A stretch of 52,797 nucleotides of DNA, the filler included, from Malassezia furfur (taxonomy: Eukaryota): NCBI GenBank assembly GCA_052055015.1. It is 2 parts of 2 records of this genome, joined end to end, with 100 filler letters (N's around TTAATTAATTAA, not from the genome) between each part and the next. Parts side by side here need not be neighbours in the genome. Positions count along the whole stretch, not along the records: positions 1 to 26,385 come from JBQJIT010000126.1; 1 more part is not named here. One strand, 5' to 3'. Position 1 is the first letter of the stretch; each line of letters begins with the position of its first letter. The position numbers were made by a program, and so were the translations under genes. Shown piece after piece: positions 1 through 10,560 of the stretch. The notes beneath the pieces are model-generated. The model was not told the origin of the DNA. It worked only from the letters and a program-made list of their open reading frames with translations, and searched no databases.

Positions 1-18
1 ATTGTTTTTGCGATTTAG

Positions 19-582
19 CTGTGGACGACGTACGTGCACCAAGACGCCACTGACCACAGCTGGACACAACATTGCGTCGTGCCCGACGGCCGGCAACCCG
101 ACTTGGTACGTCGGCGCGCCGTCGTACGTGCTAACCACAGCTACAACTGCAACCAGCAGGGCCACGTCTCGTCCGAGTGCCCGCAGGAGCCGCTGCCGAA
201 GGCTTGCTTCCGGTGCAACAGCACCGAGCACCTCTCGCGTGACTGCCCCAACCAGCCCGCGGAGCCTGCGCAGGGCGGCCAGGAGTGCTACCGCTGTGGC
301 CAGGTAGGCCACATGGCGCGTGCGTGCCCCAAGAACCCCGCCGGTGCCGCGGGCGCGCGCGGCAACGCGCGTGGCTGCTACAACTGTGGCGGCCTTGGCC
401 ACATCAGCCGCGAGTGCCCCTCGGCGGCCAACACGCTGACCGGCGCGAGCGGCCCCAAGTGCTACAACTGTGGCCAGACGGGCCACATCTCGCGCAGCTG
501 CCCGCAGCCGCCGCAGCGCTCGTGCTACACGTGCGGCAGCGCCGACCACCTGGCGGCGTCGTGCCCGCAGCAAGCTGCCTAA
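19..582 (+). CDS. GIS2: CCHC zinc-knuckle nucleic-acid-binding protein (GIS2/CNBP/Byr3 family), 5' end outside window
   Basis: Repeated C-X2-C-X4-H-X4-C knuckles (CYNCNQQGHVSSEC, CFRCNSTEHLSRDC, CYRCGQVGHMARAC...). Spliced model: 11-nt exon 19-29, intron 30-59 (GTACGT..CTGAC..CAG), intron 106-140 (GTACGT..CTAAC..CAG); TAA 580-582. Confidence 0.9.
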   Translation: MWTTYVHQDATDHSWTQHCVVPDGRQPDLVRRRAVVRANHSYNCNQQGHVSSECPQEPLPKACFRCNSTEHLSRDCPNQPAEPAQGGQECYRCGQVGHMARACPKNPAGAAGARGNARGCYNCGGLGHISRECPSAANTLTGASGPKCYNCGQTGHISRSCPQPPQRSCYTCGSADHLAASCPQQAA

Positions 583-646
583 AAAACAGTGGGTTGCGGT
601 GATGCGAAGTAGCGTAGTAGGAATACGTGTGTGGTTACTATGGCTC

Positions 647-3334
647 TCAACATTGGCCAAGCAGCATGTTTCCAGGCCATTTTCCACCGTAACCCCCCTC
701 CTCAGTGGACCCGGTCCAGCTGGTCAGCTCCTTGTTGTAGTAGGCCTCCTTGTGCCGCTCGATATACTCCTTCGTCGGGTAGTCGGGCGGCGAGCAGCTA
801 GTCCGGATCTTGTCTGGCTCCTGCCAGATACGCACATAGTCAATCTTCATGATGGCCGGCCACTGAAGTGCATCCCAGTTGACCCAGGTGAACGAGGACG
901 CAATACCCAGGTTAAAGATAATGTACATTGGCTCTTCGGGGATCAAGCGCGGCCCAATCTCGGTCCGCGGGTTGGCTCCGATTGCGCTTGCGTTCACCGT
1001 AAACATCGGCCGCTGCGACATCGTCCAGGTGATGTAGGAGTTGTTGCCGGTGCCCGGCTCGTACTCGTACCCATATTGGTCAAATTCGCCACCCGTAAGC
1101 TGATATGCGGAATCGGTGGTGTTCACCTTGGTCGACACCGACTCCTGGTAGGCATTGCCGTTGTAGTCGTTCATAATGGTCTCGTGCTCCGAATCATTGT
1201 AATTGTAGTAGCCACCATTTGCGGTACTGATGTTGTAGGCATCATCGAACGGCGCCACCTGATACGACATCGACACTTGGCCATGGTCGTTTGGTCCGTT
1301 GTTGGCCATTGCCTCGAAAATATCAATTTCCGGTGCTGCACGGCCGACCCAGGTGCCGTCCGGGTGCTTGGGACCGGGGTGGTCCGCATTCGGGCAGGTG
1401 CACCGGCTCAGGCGCTGGCCGGGCAGGAAACTCAGCTGTGGGCCGTACTGGTCGACGTAGCGGCCCGACGTCTCGGCCGCAATTGGCCCGCCGCCCTGGC
1501 TTGCAAGGTAGGTCTGGTTCTCCAACGTGCCGACGTCGCACGAGTCGTACGAGTAGGGCCACAGCCCCTCGGTCGAAGCGCCGTAGGCTGCGCGGCCGAG
1601 GTTGCCCATCGTCCATGCGGCAGGCCACAGACCCGAAACGTTGTTGAAGCCGGGCAGTTGTACACTCACCTCAATGTAGCCGCCTGTAAAGCAAAACTTG
1701 TTCCAGCTGCTCACCAAACCGCCACGGAAGTGCAGGTTGTGCTCGGGCTTTTGCGAGAGCTTGATCACGAGGTTCCCGTCCTCGGTCTTGATCGACTCGG
1801 GGTCGTACCATTCGTAGTTCTTTGTCTGCCAGTAGTGCAGGTCCTCTGCCTGCCAAAAGGGGTCTTCACCGGGGTAGAAGCTGCGTCCATCTTGGTTAAA
1901 CTCGTCGCTGAACACGAGCACCATGGGTTTCCCGTCACGGTAGCGCGTCCGGTTCCGAACGTCCATAGGGGTGTCGGGGTCAATGAGCGAGGTTCGCAGA
2001 CTGTTCATGTTCTGCAGTTTGGGGACATTGTTGGCGTCACGGCCCAGTGACATGGCGCGGTCGTGATCGGCGTGCTCCGTGCTCACGGTATGCAGCACAG
2101 GGTATCCAAGGAAGAGCATCAGCACGGCCAGGACAAGCAGGATCATGGTCGAGACGTTGGCAAAGCCACGCACCGAGAAGTGGTCCTTGGCGCGCGGTTT
2201 CCGCTCGTCCCACTCCTGGTCGGCACCGTGCAGCTGGTCGAGCGTATCGCCCACAAAGACCTGCGATTGGTAGTCGGGCGGCAGGATAAACTGGTCTGTC
2301 GACTGGTCGGGGAACGAGACGACCGAGTGATCCGGCTCGCTCATATCGCCGACGCCCGGTGCGTAATTCTGGAAGAGTTTGCCGCGGCTCGGCGACGCGA
2401 GGGGGGTGTGGTCGTCGTAGCCCATGTACATGCCCGTGATGCTCGTCTGGTCGGCCAGGTCCGAATTGCTGCGCAGTTGCAGGCGCTTCGAGTGCGCCAG
2501 CATCTCAGGGGTGTCGGGGCCGGCTTGGTGCCGCGTGCGTTTGTGCACGCCACTGGCATGCGACATGATGGACGACATGCGCGACACGCCGCCGGCGTCG
2601 CCGCTGCCGCCGCCGTAGCCGTCCACAATGTTGTCCGTCACCGAGCCGGTGCCGGGCAGCACCGACGTCGGGCGCGAGGGGTTGTCGAGGTCGTACGAGT
2701 CGATCAGATCGAGCTCCGGATCCGACACGGCGTGCGCGTTGTAGTGCGGTGTGATGGTGCCGCTGTCGATGCTCGAGCGCGGCGATGCACTGATCGTGCG
2801 CTGCGACGAGCCGCCCGGTGGCGTTGAGTGCCCCAGCGGAGGCAGCTGCGCCGCAGAACCCGAAACTCGGGCCTGATATGGCGCATTTTTGGCAAGCGGA
2901 GAGGAGAAGGGGCCCTGGCGAGGATTGGGCGTCGCCTCGGCCCCGTATGCTTCCGCGTACACGACCTCGGGCGAGCCCAGCATGGGCGAAACCCCCGCGC
3001 CAGCCGTCGGCGACCGCGTCTGCAGGGGGTGTTGCTGCTGCGAGCGGAGCGGGGTGCGGGTCGACCAGAGCGCCTCGGGAACGGTGGGAGTCGCTTGCGC
3101 CTCGTACGGGCTCTGCATCGCCGTCGACGGGCGGCTTCCGCCGAGGGCTTCGCCAAGCACGCTCTGCTGCGGTCCTTCGTCGTCGCTGTCAAGGACGTCG
3201 CCGTAGGCGTCCACGATCGAACGATTATCATCGTTCGCTTCCGCATTGAGCTGGGACGTCGCCCTGCTGTCCGGATCTATACCCCAAGCCCCACCTGGGG
3301 GCTCTGTGGACCTGTGCGATGCAGGACCCGCCAT
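647..3334 (-). CDS. KRE6: Beta-1,6-glucan synthesis-associated protein, KRE6/SKN1 family (GH16-like, type II membrane)
   Basis: 895-aa ORF: disordered N-terminus, single TM (TMILLVLAVLMLFLGYP), LIDPDTP, LVFSDEF, WNKFCFTGG, GLWPAAWTMGNLGRA, GH16 motif APEIDIFE, IDYVRIWQ. Confidence 0.92.
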   Translation of the reverse strand: MAGPASHRSTEPPGGAWGIDPDSRATSQLNAEANDDNRSIVDAYGDVLDSDDEGPQQSVLGEALGGSRPSTAMQSPYEAQATPTVPEALWSTRTPLRSQQQHPLQTRSPTAGAGVSPMLGSPEVVYAEAYGAEATPNPRQGPFSSPLAKNAPYQARVSGSAAQLPPLGHSTPPGGSSQRTISASPRSSIDSGTITPHYNAHAVSDPELDLIDSYDLDNPSRPTSVLPGTGSVTDNIVDGYGGGSGDAGGVSRMSSIMSHASGVHKRTRHQAGPDTPEMLAHSKRLQLRSNSDLADQTSITGMYMGYDDHTPLASPSRGKLFQNYAPGVGDMSEPDHSVVSFPDQSTDQFILPPDYQSQVFVGDTLDQLHGADQEWDERKPRAKDHFSVRGFANVSTMILLVLAVLMLFLGYPVLHTVSTEHADHDRAMSLGRDANNVPKLQNMNSLRTSLIDPDTPMDVRNRTRYRDGKPMVLVFSDEFNQDGRSFYPGEDPFWQAEDLHYWQTKNYEWYDPESIKTEDGNLVIKLSQKPEHNLHFRGGLVSSWNKFCFTGGYIEVSVQLPGFNNVSGLWPAAWTMGNLGRAAYGASTEGLWPYSYDSCDVGTLENQTYLASQGGGPIAAETSGRYVDQYGPQLSFLPGQRLSRCTCPNADHPGPKHPDGTWVGRAAPEIDIFEAMANNGPNDHGQVSMSYQVAPFDDAYNISTANGGYYNYNDSEHETIMNDYNGNAYQESVSTKVNTTDSAYQLTGGEFDQYGYEYEPGTGNNSYITWTMSQRPMFTVNASAIGANPRTEIGPRLIPEEPMYIIFNLGIASSFTWVNWDALQWPAIMKIDYVRIWQEPDKIRTSCSPPDYPTKEYIERHKEAYYNKELTSWTGSTEEGGYGGKWPGNMLLGQC

Positions 3335-3603
3335 CGTCGCCTCGGTGCGGGATCGGCTATGCTATCCGTTAAAGGATCGCCGAGGGCGGTTGCGCGCCCA
3401 CAACACCCTGACAAAGCTCGACTTCCTTGCTGACTAAACGCATGACGTGCGTAGGTCAGCACAGATGCGTCGTCAATTGGCTCGGACCCTGCCGCGCGCA
3501 GCAGATGCCACGCAAGGGCGCAAGGGCCTTCAGAGGGACTGGTCAGGGCGCAACGTGCCACGCGCACAGGAAGGGCGCTTGCCTCGTGCGACCAGAAAAA
3601 AAA

Positions 3604-5388
3604 ATGTGGGTGTGCAGAAGCATGCTGCGGCTCGCAGCACCCCGGATCACGTCGCGGGGGGGCGCGTACCCCACCGTTCGGAGCGGGGCCCGCTGGCTCG
3701 CCACGGCGCCCGCCGCCGATACGGCGGCACACCCGTCCCAAGTCAAAGCGCCCAGCGACGCGTTCCAGCGGCTGGGGCTGTCGCCCAACCTGAGCACGCA
3801 CCTGGTCGCAGCGCTGCCGCACATCACAGCGCCCACGCGCACGCAAGAAGCGCTCATCCCCGCCGTGCTCTCGCCCACGGACGTGGTGCTGCGCGCTCAC
3901 ACCGGCTCGGGCAAGAGCTTTGCGCTGCTCCTCGCGCTCCTGTCCAAACCGCGCCTGCTCTTCCGGCACGCCGGCGGCGCACCACAGGCGGGCGTCTCGG
4001 CGTGGATCGTCGTGCCCAGCAACGAACTCGCCGAGCAATACATGGCGTGGGCACGCGCCATGCTCCCCCGTGAGCTCACCGATACCCTCTCGGCCGTGAT
4101 CCAATGTGTGGTGCGCGGCGGCGATGCCGACCTGCAGCTCGCGCGGCTGCGCGACTCGCCGCCGCACATCGTCGTCGGTACGCCGACGCGCCTCCTCGAG
4201 GTTCTCGGTGCGCCGCACGGCGAGACGCTCCTTGGGCTGTCGACGCTCCGCACGCTCGCCCTCGACGAGGCCGATGCGCTCCTGCAGCTCCCCGGGCGCT
4301 TCCCCAGCGAGAAGCAGGTATGGCGCCACCTCGCGCACCGTGCGCCAGGCCTTGAGCTGCTCAACTACGTCATGCAGCGCCGCGCGACCTACTCGGGTGG
4401 CGAGCGACAGCGGACCGTGGGCCTCGAGCGCAGCGACGCTTGTCGGCCCCCGGAGCCGGTGCGCCGCACGCAGTACCGCGGTGCGGAGCGCACGCACGGC
4501 CTCGCGGCACCGCGAGCGCGCACGCCAGGCACCGTGCCGCTGCAGCTGATCTGCACGAGTGCGACGGCGAACTCGGTGCTGCGCCACTTTCTGGGCGCCC
4601 GCACCGGCTGGCTGCGCACCAACCTGCGCGAGACGAAAGACTCGGCCGTGTACCTCGACCAGACCGGCATGAACAGCGGCGCGCCGGCGTCGGCGGCGCT
4701 CCCGCGCGAGATCGAGCACACGTGCCTCGTCGTCGATGCACCTTCCGACAGCGGCGTGGCGGCGCCGGGTGCGCTGCAGCTGCCGGCGCTGCGCAACGCT
4801 ACGACGGTGCACCGCGGCGCGGGGCCCGACGCGCTGCGCCCCGACCGCGCTGCGGTGGTGCCGTCTGACGCACCCGCAGAGCACGCGATCGACCCACTCC
4901 TGCTCGAGGCGCTTGCGTTCGCGTTCGCCGCGGACGGCGTCGCGCGCGGTCTGGCGTTCATCCCGTCGCGCTGGAGTCTGCGCAAGACGCAGGCGGCGCT
5001 CGAGGCGCTCGGCGTGCCCGTCGAGCCGATCGTGCCTGGCGAGCGGGTCACGGAGCGCACCGAGCCAGTGCTCTACCTGCTGCAGAGTAGCAGCGCGCGC
5101 GGACTCGACGTGCCGCACCTCTCGCATGTCTTCCTGGTCGGCCTGCCGGCCGTCGGCGACGCCGTGCATTATACCCATGTGGCCGGCCGCGTGGCGCGCA
5201 TCGGCTCGGGCGCAGACAGTGCCGAGCGCGCACCGGGCAAGGTCGCGACGCTTCTGCGCGGGCACAACCGGCCCGGCGTGGACACCGTGTCGAGCGCCGA
5301 GCACCGCATCGCTACGCTCTACCGGCGCCTCGGTGTGGTGCCACGCGCGTTTGACTTGTCGCTCGTGGATGCGCGTCACGAATCGTAG
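3604..5388 (+). CDS. DEAD-box RNA helicase-like protein, probably mitochondrial, divergent
   Basis: Q motif (PTRTQ), motif I AHTGSGKS, Ia VPSNELA, Ib VGTPTR, II LDEAD, III SAT, V ARGLDV, VI YTHVAGRVAR. Arg-rich N-terminus lacking acidic residues from ATG 3604. Confidence 0.75.
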   Translation: MWVCRSMLRLAAPRITSRGGAYPTVRSGARWLATAPAADTAAHPSQVKAPSDAFQRLGLSPNLSTHLVAALPHITAPTRTQEALIPAVLSPTDVVLRAHTGSGKSFALLLALLSKPRLLFRHAGGAPQAGVSAWIVVPSNELAEQYMAWARAMLPRELTDTLSAVIQCVVRGGDADLQLARLRDSPPHIVVGTPTRLLEVLGAPHGETLLGLSTLRTLALDEADALLQLPGRFPSEKQVWRHLAHRAPGLELLNYVMQRRATYSGGERQRTVGLERSDACRPPEPVRRTQYRGAERTHGLAAPRARTPGTVPLQLICTSATANSVLRHFLGARTGWLRTNLRETKDSAVYLDQTGMNSGAPASAALPREIEHTCLVVDAPSDSGVAAPGALQLPALRNATTVHRGAGPDALRPDRAAVVPSDAPAEHAIDPLLLEALAFAFAADGVARGLAFIPSRWSLRKTQAALEALGVPVEPIVPGERVTERTEPVLYLLQSSSARGLDVPHLSHVFLVGLPAVGDAVHYTHVAGRVARIGSGADSAERAPGKVATLLRGHNRPGVDTVSSAEHRIATLYRRLGVVPRAFDLSLVDARHES

Positions 5389-5410
5389 GATGTACATAGA
5401 TCTACGCCCA

Positions 5411-5988
5411 CTAATGCCCCGGCTTGGCACCGTCCACGTACATGTTACGCGTCGCCGCGGGGAGCTGCACCGACATGCCGTCCATGTCCTTGGTCACTTT
5501 GACCTGGCAGCCCAGGCGCGACGTGTCAGTAAGCCCAAACGCCAGGTCGAGCATGTCGTTCTCGTCGTCCCCGGGCTCCTCGAGCTTGTAAAAGGTGTCC
5601 TCGTCCAGGATGACGTGGCACGTCGAGCACGCGATCGAACCCTCACAGGCACCCTCGAGGTCAATGTCGTACTCGTGGGCGATGCTCAGGATATCGTCGC
5701 CCTCGTTCGCCTCCACGGTCTTGATCGGGTTCCCGTTCGAGTCCTTAAAGTTGATTTTGATGCTGCGTTAGTGTCGCGCACACGCACCCCTCGCCGGGCT
5801 TGGGCCGCTGGATGCCCTCGTGCAGGGTCGCTGCGTTAGACGGCGCGCGCGCCACACAACGTACGAAGCGTCGTCGTGAACGGCCGCAGATATGCGGTCC
5901 GTAGCACAGGTATCGTGTGCGGCACACTCGCGTGCCTGCCCGCCCATCGGGGCAGCGCCAGGAGCGGGCGGCGCAGTAGAACGTGCAT
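5411..5988 (-). CDS. YAH1: Mitochondrial [2Fe-2S] ferredoxin (adrenodoxin-type)
   Basis: GACEGSIACSTCHV, ENDMLDLAFGLTDTSRLGCQ. Presequence MHVLLRRPLL... from ATG 5988; introns 5831-5864 (34 nt) and 5763-5787 (25 nt, GTGCGT..CTAAC.GCAG) join the three ORF pieces. Confidence 0.93.
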
Positions 5989-6094
5989 GCTGAGCGGTGC
6001 GAAGGTCGGCGACGGAAAAAGCGTTGGTGCGGCGAAATGGCCACTTTTTGATTTGTCAGCACACGTCAGGCACCGCAACGTCGTTCTCCACGCC

Positions 6095-7450
6095 ATGGCA
6101 CGGACCGCGCTCCGACCGGCCCTGGTGGGCATGGTCGCGTGGATCACACTGAGTGTGTTCCAGTTTGGCTATGGCATCTCGGAGCTGAACGCCATCGAGA
6201 CCCAGTTTACGTGTCACGACGCTTCAGGGTGCCTGGGCTTCTCGGAAAACGCGTTCGGCCTTATCACGACCATGTTTACTGTCGGCGGCGCGCTCGCCTC
6301 GCTGGGGTGCGGCAGCGCCGCGCGGTACGCACATCTCGGACGCAAGGCATCGCTGCAGGCCAGCACCGCGTTCTCTTTCCTGGGCTCTGCGCTGCTCGGC
6401 AGCGGCACGTCCCTCACTCTGCTTTCCACAGGCCGCTTCCTGCAGGGCATCGGCGCGGGGATCGGCGTCGTCCAGGTGCCCCTGTACCTGCAAGAGATCG
6501 CCCCACCCTCGCTTGCGGGCGAGATCGGCATCCTCAACCAGGTCGCCGTTGTCACGGGCATTTTTGCTGCACAGGCCTTCGGCACACTCGCCGCAGCGCA
6601 CCCCGCTTCCTGGCGGTCGGTGCCGCAGATCAGCGCCGTGATCGCGCTTGGCCAGTTGGTCATCGGCGCGCTGTGGGCATGCGAGAGCCCGGGGTGGCTC
6701 GAAGGCGAGGGCGCCCACGTTACGACCGCCGCGCATGCACCTTCGCCCGCCGATCTCCGCGCGCGTCTGTGGGGTCGTGAGGCGTACGAGACGCTGCCCG
6801 TCACGACCGAGCCGGCGGGGGGCCCGACGCCGCCCGCACACGGCTGGCGCACCGACCCGGACTTCCGGCGCGGCATGTGGATCGTGGCATTGACGCAAAT
6901 GGCCCAGCAGTTCAGCGGGGTGAATGCCATCCTATACTACAGCACCGGCATCCTTTCGCAACTCATGCCGAGCCTCGCGCGCATCGTTGGCCTGCTGATC
7001 ACCGTCGTGAATGGCGTCATGACCTTCCCTCCCATTGTACTCATCTCCGAGAAGCGCGTGGGCCGCAAGGCACTGCTCGTCGGCTCGGCCGCGGGGATGG
7101 GCTTCTTTTGCTTGCTGCTCGCGTACAGCCTGTGGAACGCATACGCGCTCGGCAGTGCCATCGCGATCCTGTGCGTCATTGCATGCTTCTCAATGGGTCT
7201 GGGGCCTGTTCCCTTTGTTATTCTGCCCGAAGTCATTCCTGCGGCGTATGTGTCGCTCGGTTCCTCGTTCGGCCTGGGGATCAACTGGGCGTCGAACATT
7301 GTGGTGGCCGCCTCTTTCCCGCCACTGCGCAGGGCGCTCGGCGCGCTCGATGGGCACACGGGTGGCCTCGTCTTTCTGCTCTTTGGCGTCGCCAACCTTG
7401 TGTTTGCTGCATGCATCGCGCGTGACTACCGGTACGAGGGGGATAGGTGA
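6095..7450 (+). CDS. MFS sugar-porter family transporter (Vps73/YBR241C-like)
   Basis: FQFGYGISELN, GRFLQGIGAG, PLYLQEIAP, ESPGWL, QQFSGVNAILYYS, GLGPVPF; about 12 hydrophobic segments. Confidence 0.85.
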   Translation: MARTALRPALVGMVAWITLSVFQFGYGISELNAIETQFTCHDASGCLGFSENAFGLITTMFTVGGALASLGCGSAARYAHLGRKASLQASTAFSFLGSALLGSGTSLTLLSTGRFLQGIGAGIGVVQVPLYLQEIAPPSLAGEIGILNQVAVVTGIFAAQAFGTLAAAHPASWRSVPQISAVIALGQLVIGALWACESPGWLEGEGAHVTTAAHAPSPADLRARLWGREAYETLPVTTEPAGGPTPPAHGWRTDPDFRRGMWIVALTQMAQQFSGVNAILYYSTGILSQLMPSLARIVGLLITVVNGVMTFPPIVLISEKRVGRKALLVGSAAGMGFFCLLLAYSLWNAYALGSAIAILCVIACFSMGLGPVPFVILPEVIPAAYVSLGSSFGLGINWASNIVVAASFPPLRRALGALDGHTGGLVFLLFGVANLVFAACIARDYRYEGDR

Positions 7451-7475
7451 ATCATGAATTGACTATCAACGTACA

Positions 7476-9200
7476 TCAACGCAACGAGCGCGGCGCTGCC
7501 GCACCCGATGCGGCGCCTGGGCGTGCAGCGCTCATCATACCCTTATAGCTCGAGCCTAGGATCCCACGCTGGGCACCGCCCTTGCTAAGCTCCGTCGGCT
7601 GCTCAAACACGCGCCAGAACTTGAGACTTTCGTCGCTGCCGACCGTCGCGAGGCACTGCCCGTCGGGGCTGAGACTCGAGTGCAGGATGCGCCCGTCATG
7701 CGCCGCGGGCACCTCGGCCACCTTCTGCCCCGAGGGATGCGCCCACACACACAGGGCGCCCTCGTTGCTCTCCGCATTGCTCACGCCGTGCGACGAGACA
7801 ATCTCGCGGTAGTGCGGCGCCCACTGCAGCGACGTGATCTGTGCATTGGTCTGGATCGTCTGCACGCGCGTGTTTTGGGTCGTGTTCCAAAAGTGGATGC
7901 ACCGGTCGGCACTGCCGCCGCCGGTCGCGAGCAGGCTGCTGTTGTGCGGCGACCAGGCCAGCGCCTTGACGGCCGCATTGTGGTTCTCCTTGCGCATCTT
8001 GGCCACCGACGTGCGCCGGTCCCACACCTTGACCACGTTATCGTTGCCGCCGGACGCCAGCAGCGCACTGTCGGCACGCCATGCAAGACCACACACCTGT
8101 GCGGCATGCGCGCGCTCAAGCGAGCGAGTCACCGAGTCGCGCTGGCGCACGTCGTGCTCACGGATCAAGCCGCTTGCGTAGCCGACGTTGAGTGTCCCAT
8201 CGGGCGCCCACGCGAGCGCATTGATGGTGCTGGCGTCTGCACCACCGTTGGGGTCGGGGCGGAGCGTGCGCAGCCGCGCGCCGCGGTTCACGTCCCAGAT
8301 CTGTGTGTAGCCGCGGTCCGTACCGACGGCGAGAATGTTGCCGTCGGCGTCCCAGCGCAGCGAGGTCACCAGTCCCCCGCCGCCGACGCGCTCGCTCTCC
8401 TCCTCAAGGTCCAGCAGGAAGTTGGCCTCGCCCGTCTCGCTGTTCCACGTGTGCACGGCAGACTGCAGCGCAATTGCAATCACATTCTGCGTGGACCAAT
8501 GCAAAAGATTGTAGTAAAAGTCGGGCACGATCGCCGGCGCGTCCAGCACGCGTTCGGGCGCCGTGGGGATCCGACGGCGCCCGGCGGCCATGAGGCTTGA
8601 CGGCAACGTGCTCTTCTTGGTCGCATACCGCGAGCGGATATCCTTGTTGCTCGACATCGCGCTCGGTGGCGCGGCAGAAAAAGAGAGGATGCGCTGCCCG
8701 TGCTCGACGTGGCAGACCTCTTCGAGCCCCGCGTGCGCATCGACGTCCGCGAGTGACGAGGCGGACGACGAAATGGAGTCGGAGCGCTCGGGGCGCTGCA
8801 TCGACGCCAGGCTCTCTCCAGCGCCGTCCTCCAGGAACGGCTGCGAGGTAGAGCCCGTTGCGCGGCTCAGCTCGCGGTTAGGGATGTATCGGTCGCCGCG
8901 CTGCACCGACACGGACGCGGCCGAGCGCCGGCGCCCAAGGGCGACGTCCGGCCCATCCCAGTCCTTGGAAACGACACCGCGCGTCTCCTCGAGGCCGACG
9001 GGGACCATATCTTCCTTCTCGCGGCGCGGTTTCGGCGCTGCGAGTTTGGTGGGCTTGGGGCGGATCGGCGAGGCGGCCATGCGCGCCTGGCGCACGTTCG
9101 CCGACACGTCCGCGAGAGGGGAGTCCAAGCCCATAGAGGCCATACTGCGCGCAAGCGCGGCCGTGGAGCCTTTGCTCCGGGTCGGTGTCGATGGGCCCAT
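7476..9200 (-). CDS. CDC20: APC/C activator Cdc20/Fizzy (WD40)
   Basis: C-box DRYIPNR, Mad2-binding RILSF, PERVLDAP, DFYYNLLHWS, LASGGNDN, AVKALAW, TGGGSADRCIHFW, DESLKFW. Confidence 0.9.
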   Translation of the reverse strand: MGPSTPTRSKGSTAALARSMASMGLDSPLADVSANVRQARMAASPIRPKPTKLAAPKPRREKEDMVPVGLEETRGVVSKDWDGPDVALGRRRSAASVSVQRGDRYIPNRELSRATGSTSQPFLEDGAGESLASMQRPERSDSISSSASSLADVDAHAGLEEVCHVEHGQRILSFSAAPPSAMSSNKDIRSRYATKKSTLPSSLMAAGRRRIPTAPERVLDAPAIVPDFYYNLLHWSTQNVIAIALQSAVHTWNSETGEANFLLDLEEESERVGGGGLVTSLRWDADGNILAVGTDRGYTQIWDVNRGARLRTLRPDPNGGADASTINALAWAPDGTLNVGYASGLIREHDVRQRDSVTRSLERAHAAQVCGLAWRADSALLASGGNDNVVKVWDRRTSVAKMRKENHNAAVKALAWSPHNSSLLATGGGSADRCIHFWNTTQNTRVQTIQTNAQITSLQWAPHYREIVSSHGVSNAESNEGALCVWAHPSGQKVAEVPAAHDGRILHSSLSPDGQCLATVGSDESLKFWRVFEQPTELSKGGAQRGILGSSYKGMMSAARPGAASGAAAPRSLR

Positions 9201-9317
9201 GAGAAGGAGGGAAGACGGCGCGCCGCGTGCTTCGTCCTCGTCTGCACCTCCACATGGAGATGTTGGTCCAACATCTCTTGCTTTACGTAATCAAACTCAC
9301 TACGGAGGGAGCGACCC

Positions 9318-10431
9318 TCAGGCTGCGCGCGTCTGGGTGAGCGGCGCGGCGCGGTCCGCCTGGCCCTGCTGCTCGTTCGTTTGGTATCCGCTTGGCGCGC
9401 CGAGCTCCGTGGAGCCCGGGTAGGGGTTCGAGATCGCGGCACTCGTGGTAAAGTACGGGTGACGGAGCGCCTCGTCCGCACTGATCCGCTGCGACGGGTC
9501 AAACGTGAGCAGTTTCTCGAGTAGATCAATCGCTTTAAGTTAGTTGCGCCACGTACCGAGCGGGTGCACCTTGGGGTAGAGCGTCTGGAACGGCACCTTG
9601 GGCATGCGCGGGAGCGGCCTGTACTGGATCTCGGGCGAGTCGTTCAAAATCCGCTTGATGGTATTGTCGTCGGGGGTGCCGAGAATGCGGATAATCTGGT
9701 TGAGCTGATCGTTGTTATCGCGGCCACGGAAGATGGGGATGCCGCTGATCATTTCGGCCATGATGCACCCCGCCGACCACACGTCGATGCTCGTCGAATA
9801 CGTGCGGCTGCCGAGCAGCACATCGGGCGCACGGTACCACAGCGTGACGACCTCGTTGCTGAACGTGTTCACCGGGATGCCGAACGCGCGCGCGAGACCA
9901 AAGTCGGCGAGCTTGAGCTCGCCGCGCTTGTTGATCAGCAGGTTCTGCGGCTTGAGGTCGCGATGCAGCACGCGGTTCTCGTGGCAGAAGGCGGTGCCCT
10001 TGAGCAGCTGGAACATGAAGCTGCGCACCGTGGCCGGGTCGAGTGCACCCCGGTTCCCGTGCACGTCCATGTACCGCTTCAGGTCCTGCTCCATGAACTC
10101 GAACACGAGCATCAGCTTCGACTCGGTATGAATCACGTCGTGGAGGCGCACGACGTTCGTATGACGCAGCTCCTTCATGAGCGAGATCTCGCGGATCGCC
10201 GTGGATGGCGTTCCCTCCTCGGCATCGAGGTGAATGTCCTTCAGCGCGACAATCTCGTTGGTGAGACGCGAACGGCCCTGGGGTCAGTGGGGCGGCGACG
10301 CACCTTGTATACGGTGGCGTACGTTCCTTCGCCTGCGGTTAGCTGTACCCCCAGTTCCACCTACCGAGCTTTTCAAGCTCTGTGTGTGTCAGTAACCTGC
10401 AACGGGGGGCATACGTACGGACGTAGTTCAT
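9318..10431 (-). CDS. PHO85: Cyclin-dependent kinase Pho85
   Basis: Spliced N-terminus [23 protein letters not shown]...[47 protein letters not shown]. Introns 10380-10418 (39), 10333-10364 (32), 10278-10303 (26), 9533-9556 (24); last exon [31 protein letters not shown] 9320-9318. Confidence 0.93.
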
Positions 10432-10519
10432 CTTCGCCACGGCGCCGCACGGAACCGGTGGGCGCGACGCTCGGGTGTTTGGTGTTGCTGACCGCCGCTG
10501 ACTAAATTTCTCGCCGCCC

Positions 10520-10530
10520 GAAAATTTTTG
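10520..10530 (+). promoter_or_regulatory. RRPE-like element (GAAAATTTTT) upstream of UTP5
   Basis: GAAAATTTTTG about 30 bp before the UTP5 ATG in otherwise GC-rich DNA; resembles the fungal ribosome-biogenesis RRPE motif (AAAWTTTT). Confidence 0.4.
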
Positions 10531-10560
10531 TGCGCCCCCGTTCCGTGTGTGACGACGACG

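Noticed and set aside
3277..5430. Long antisense or alternate-frame ORFs (717 aa here; also 10930-13128, 11358-13739, 19908-21821, 23675-26269, 48448-50010)
   Set aside because: Shadows of GC-rich codon usage opposite recognisable genes; Arg/Ala-rich with no family motifs.
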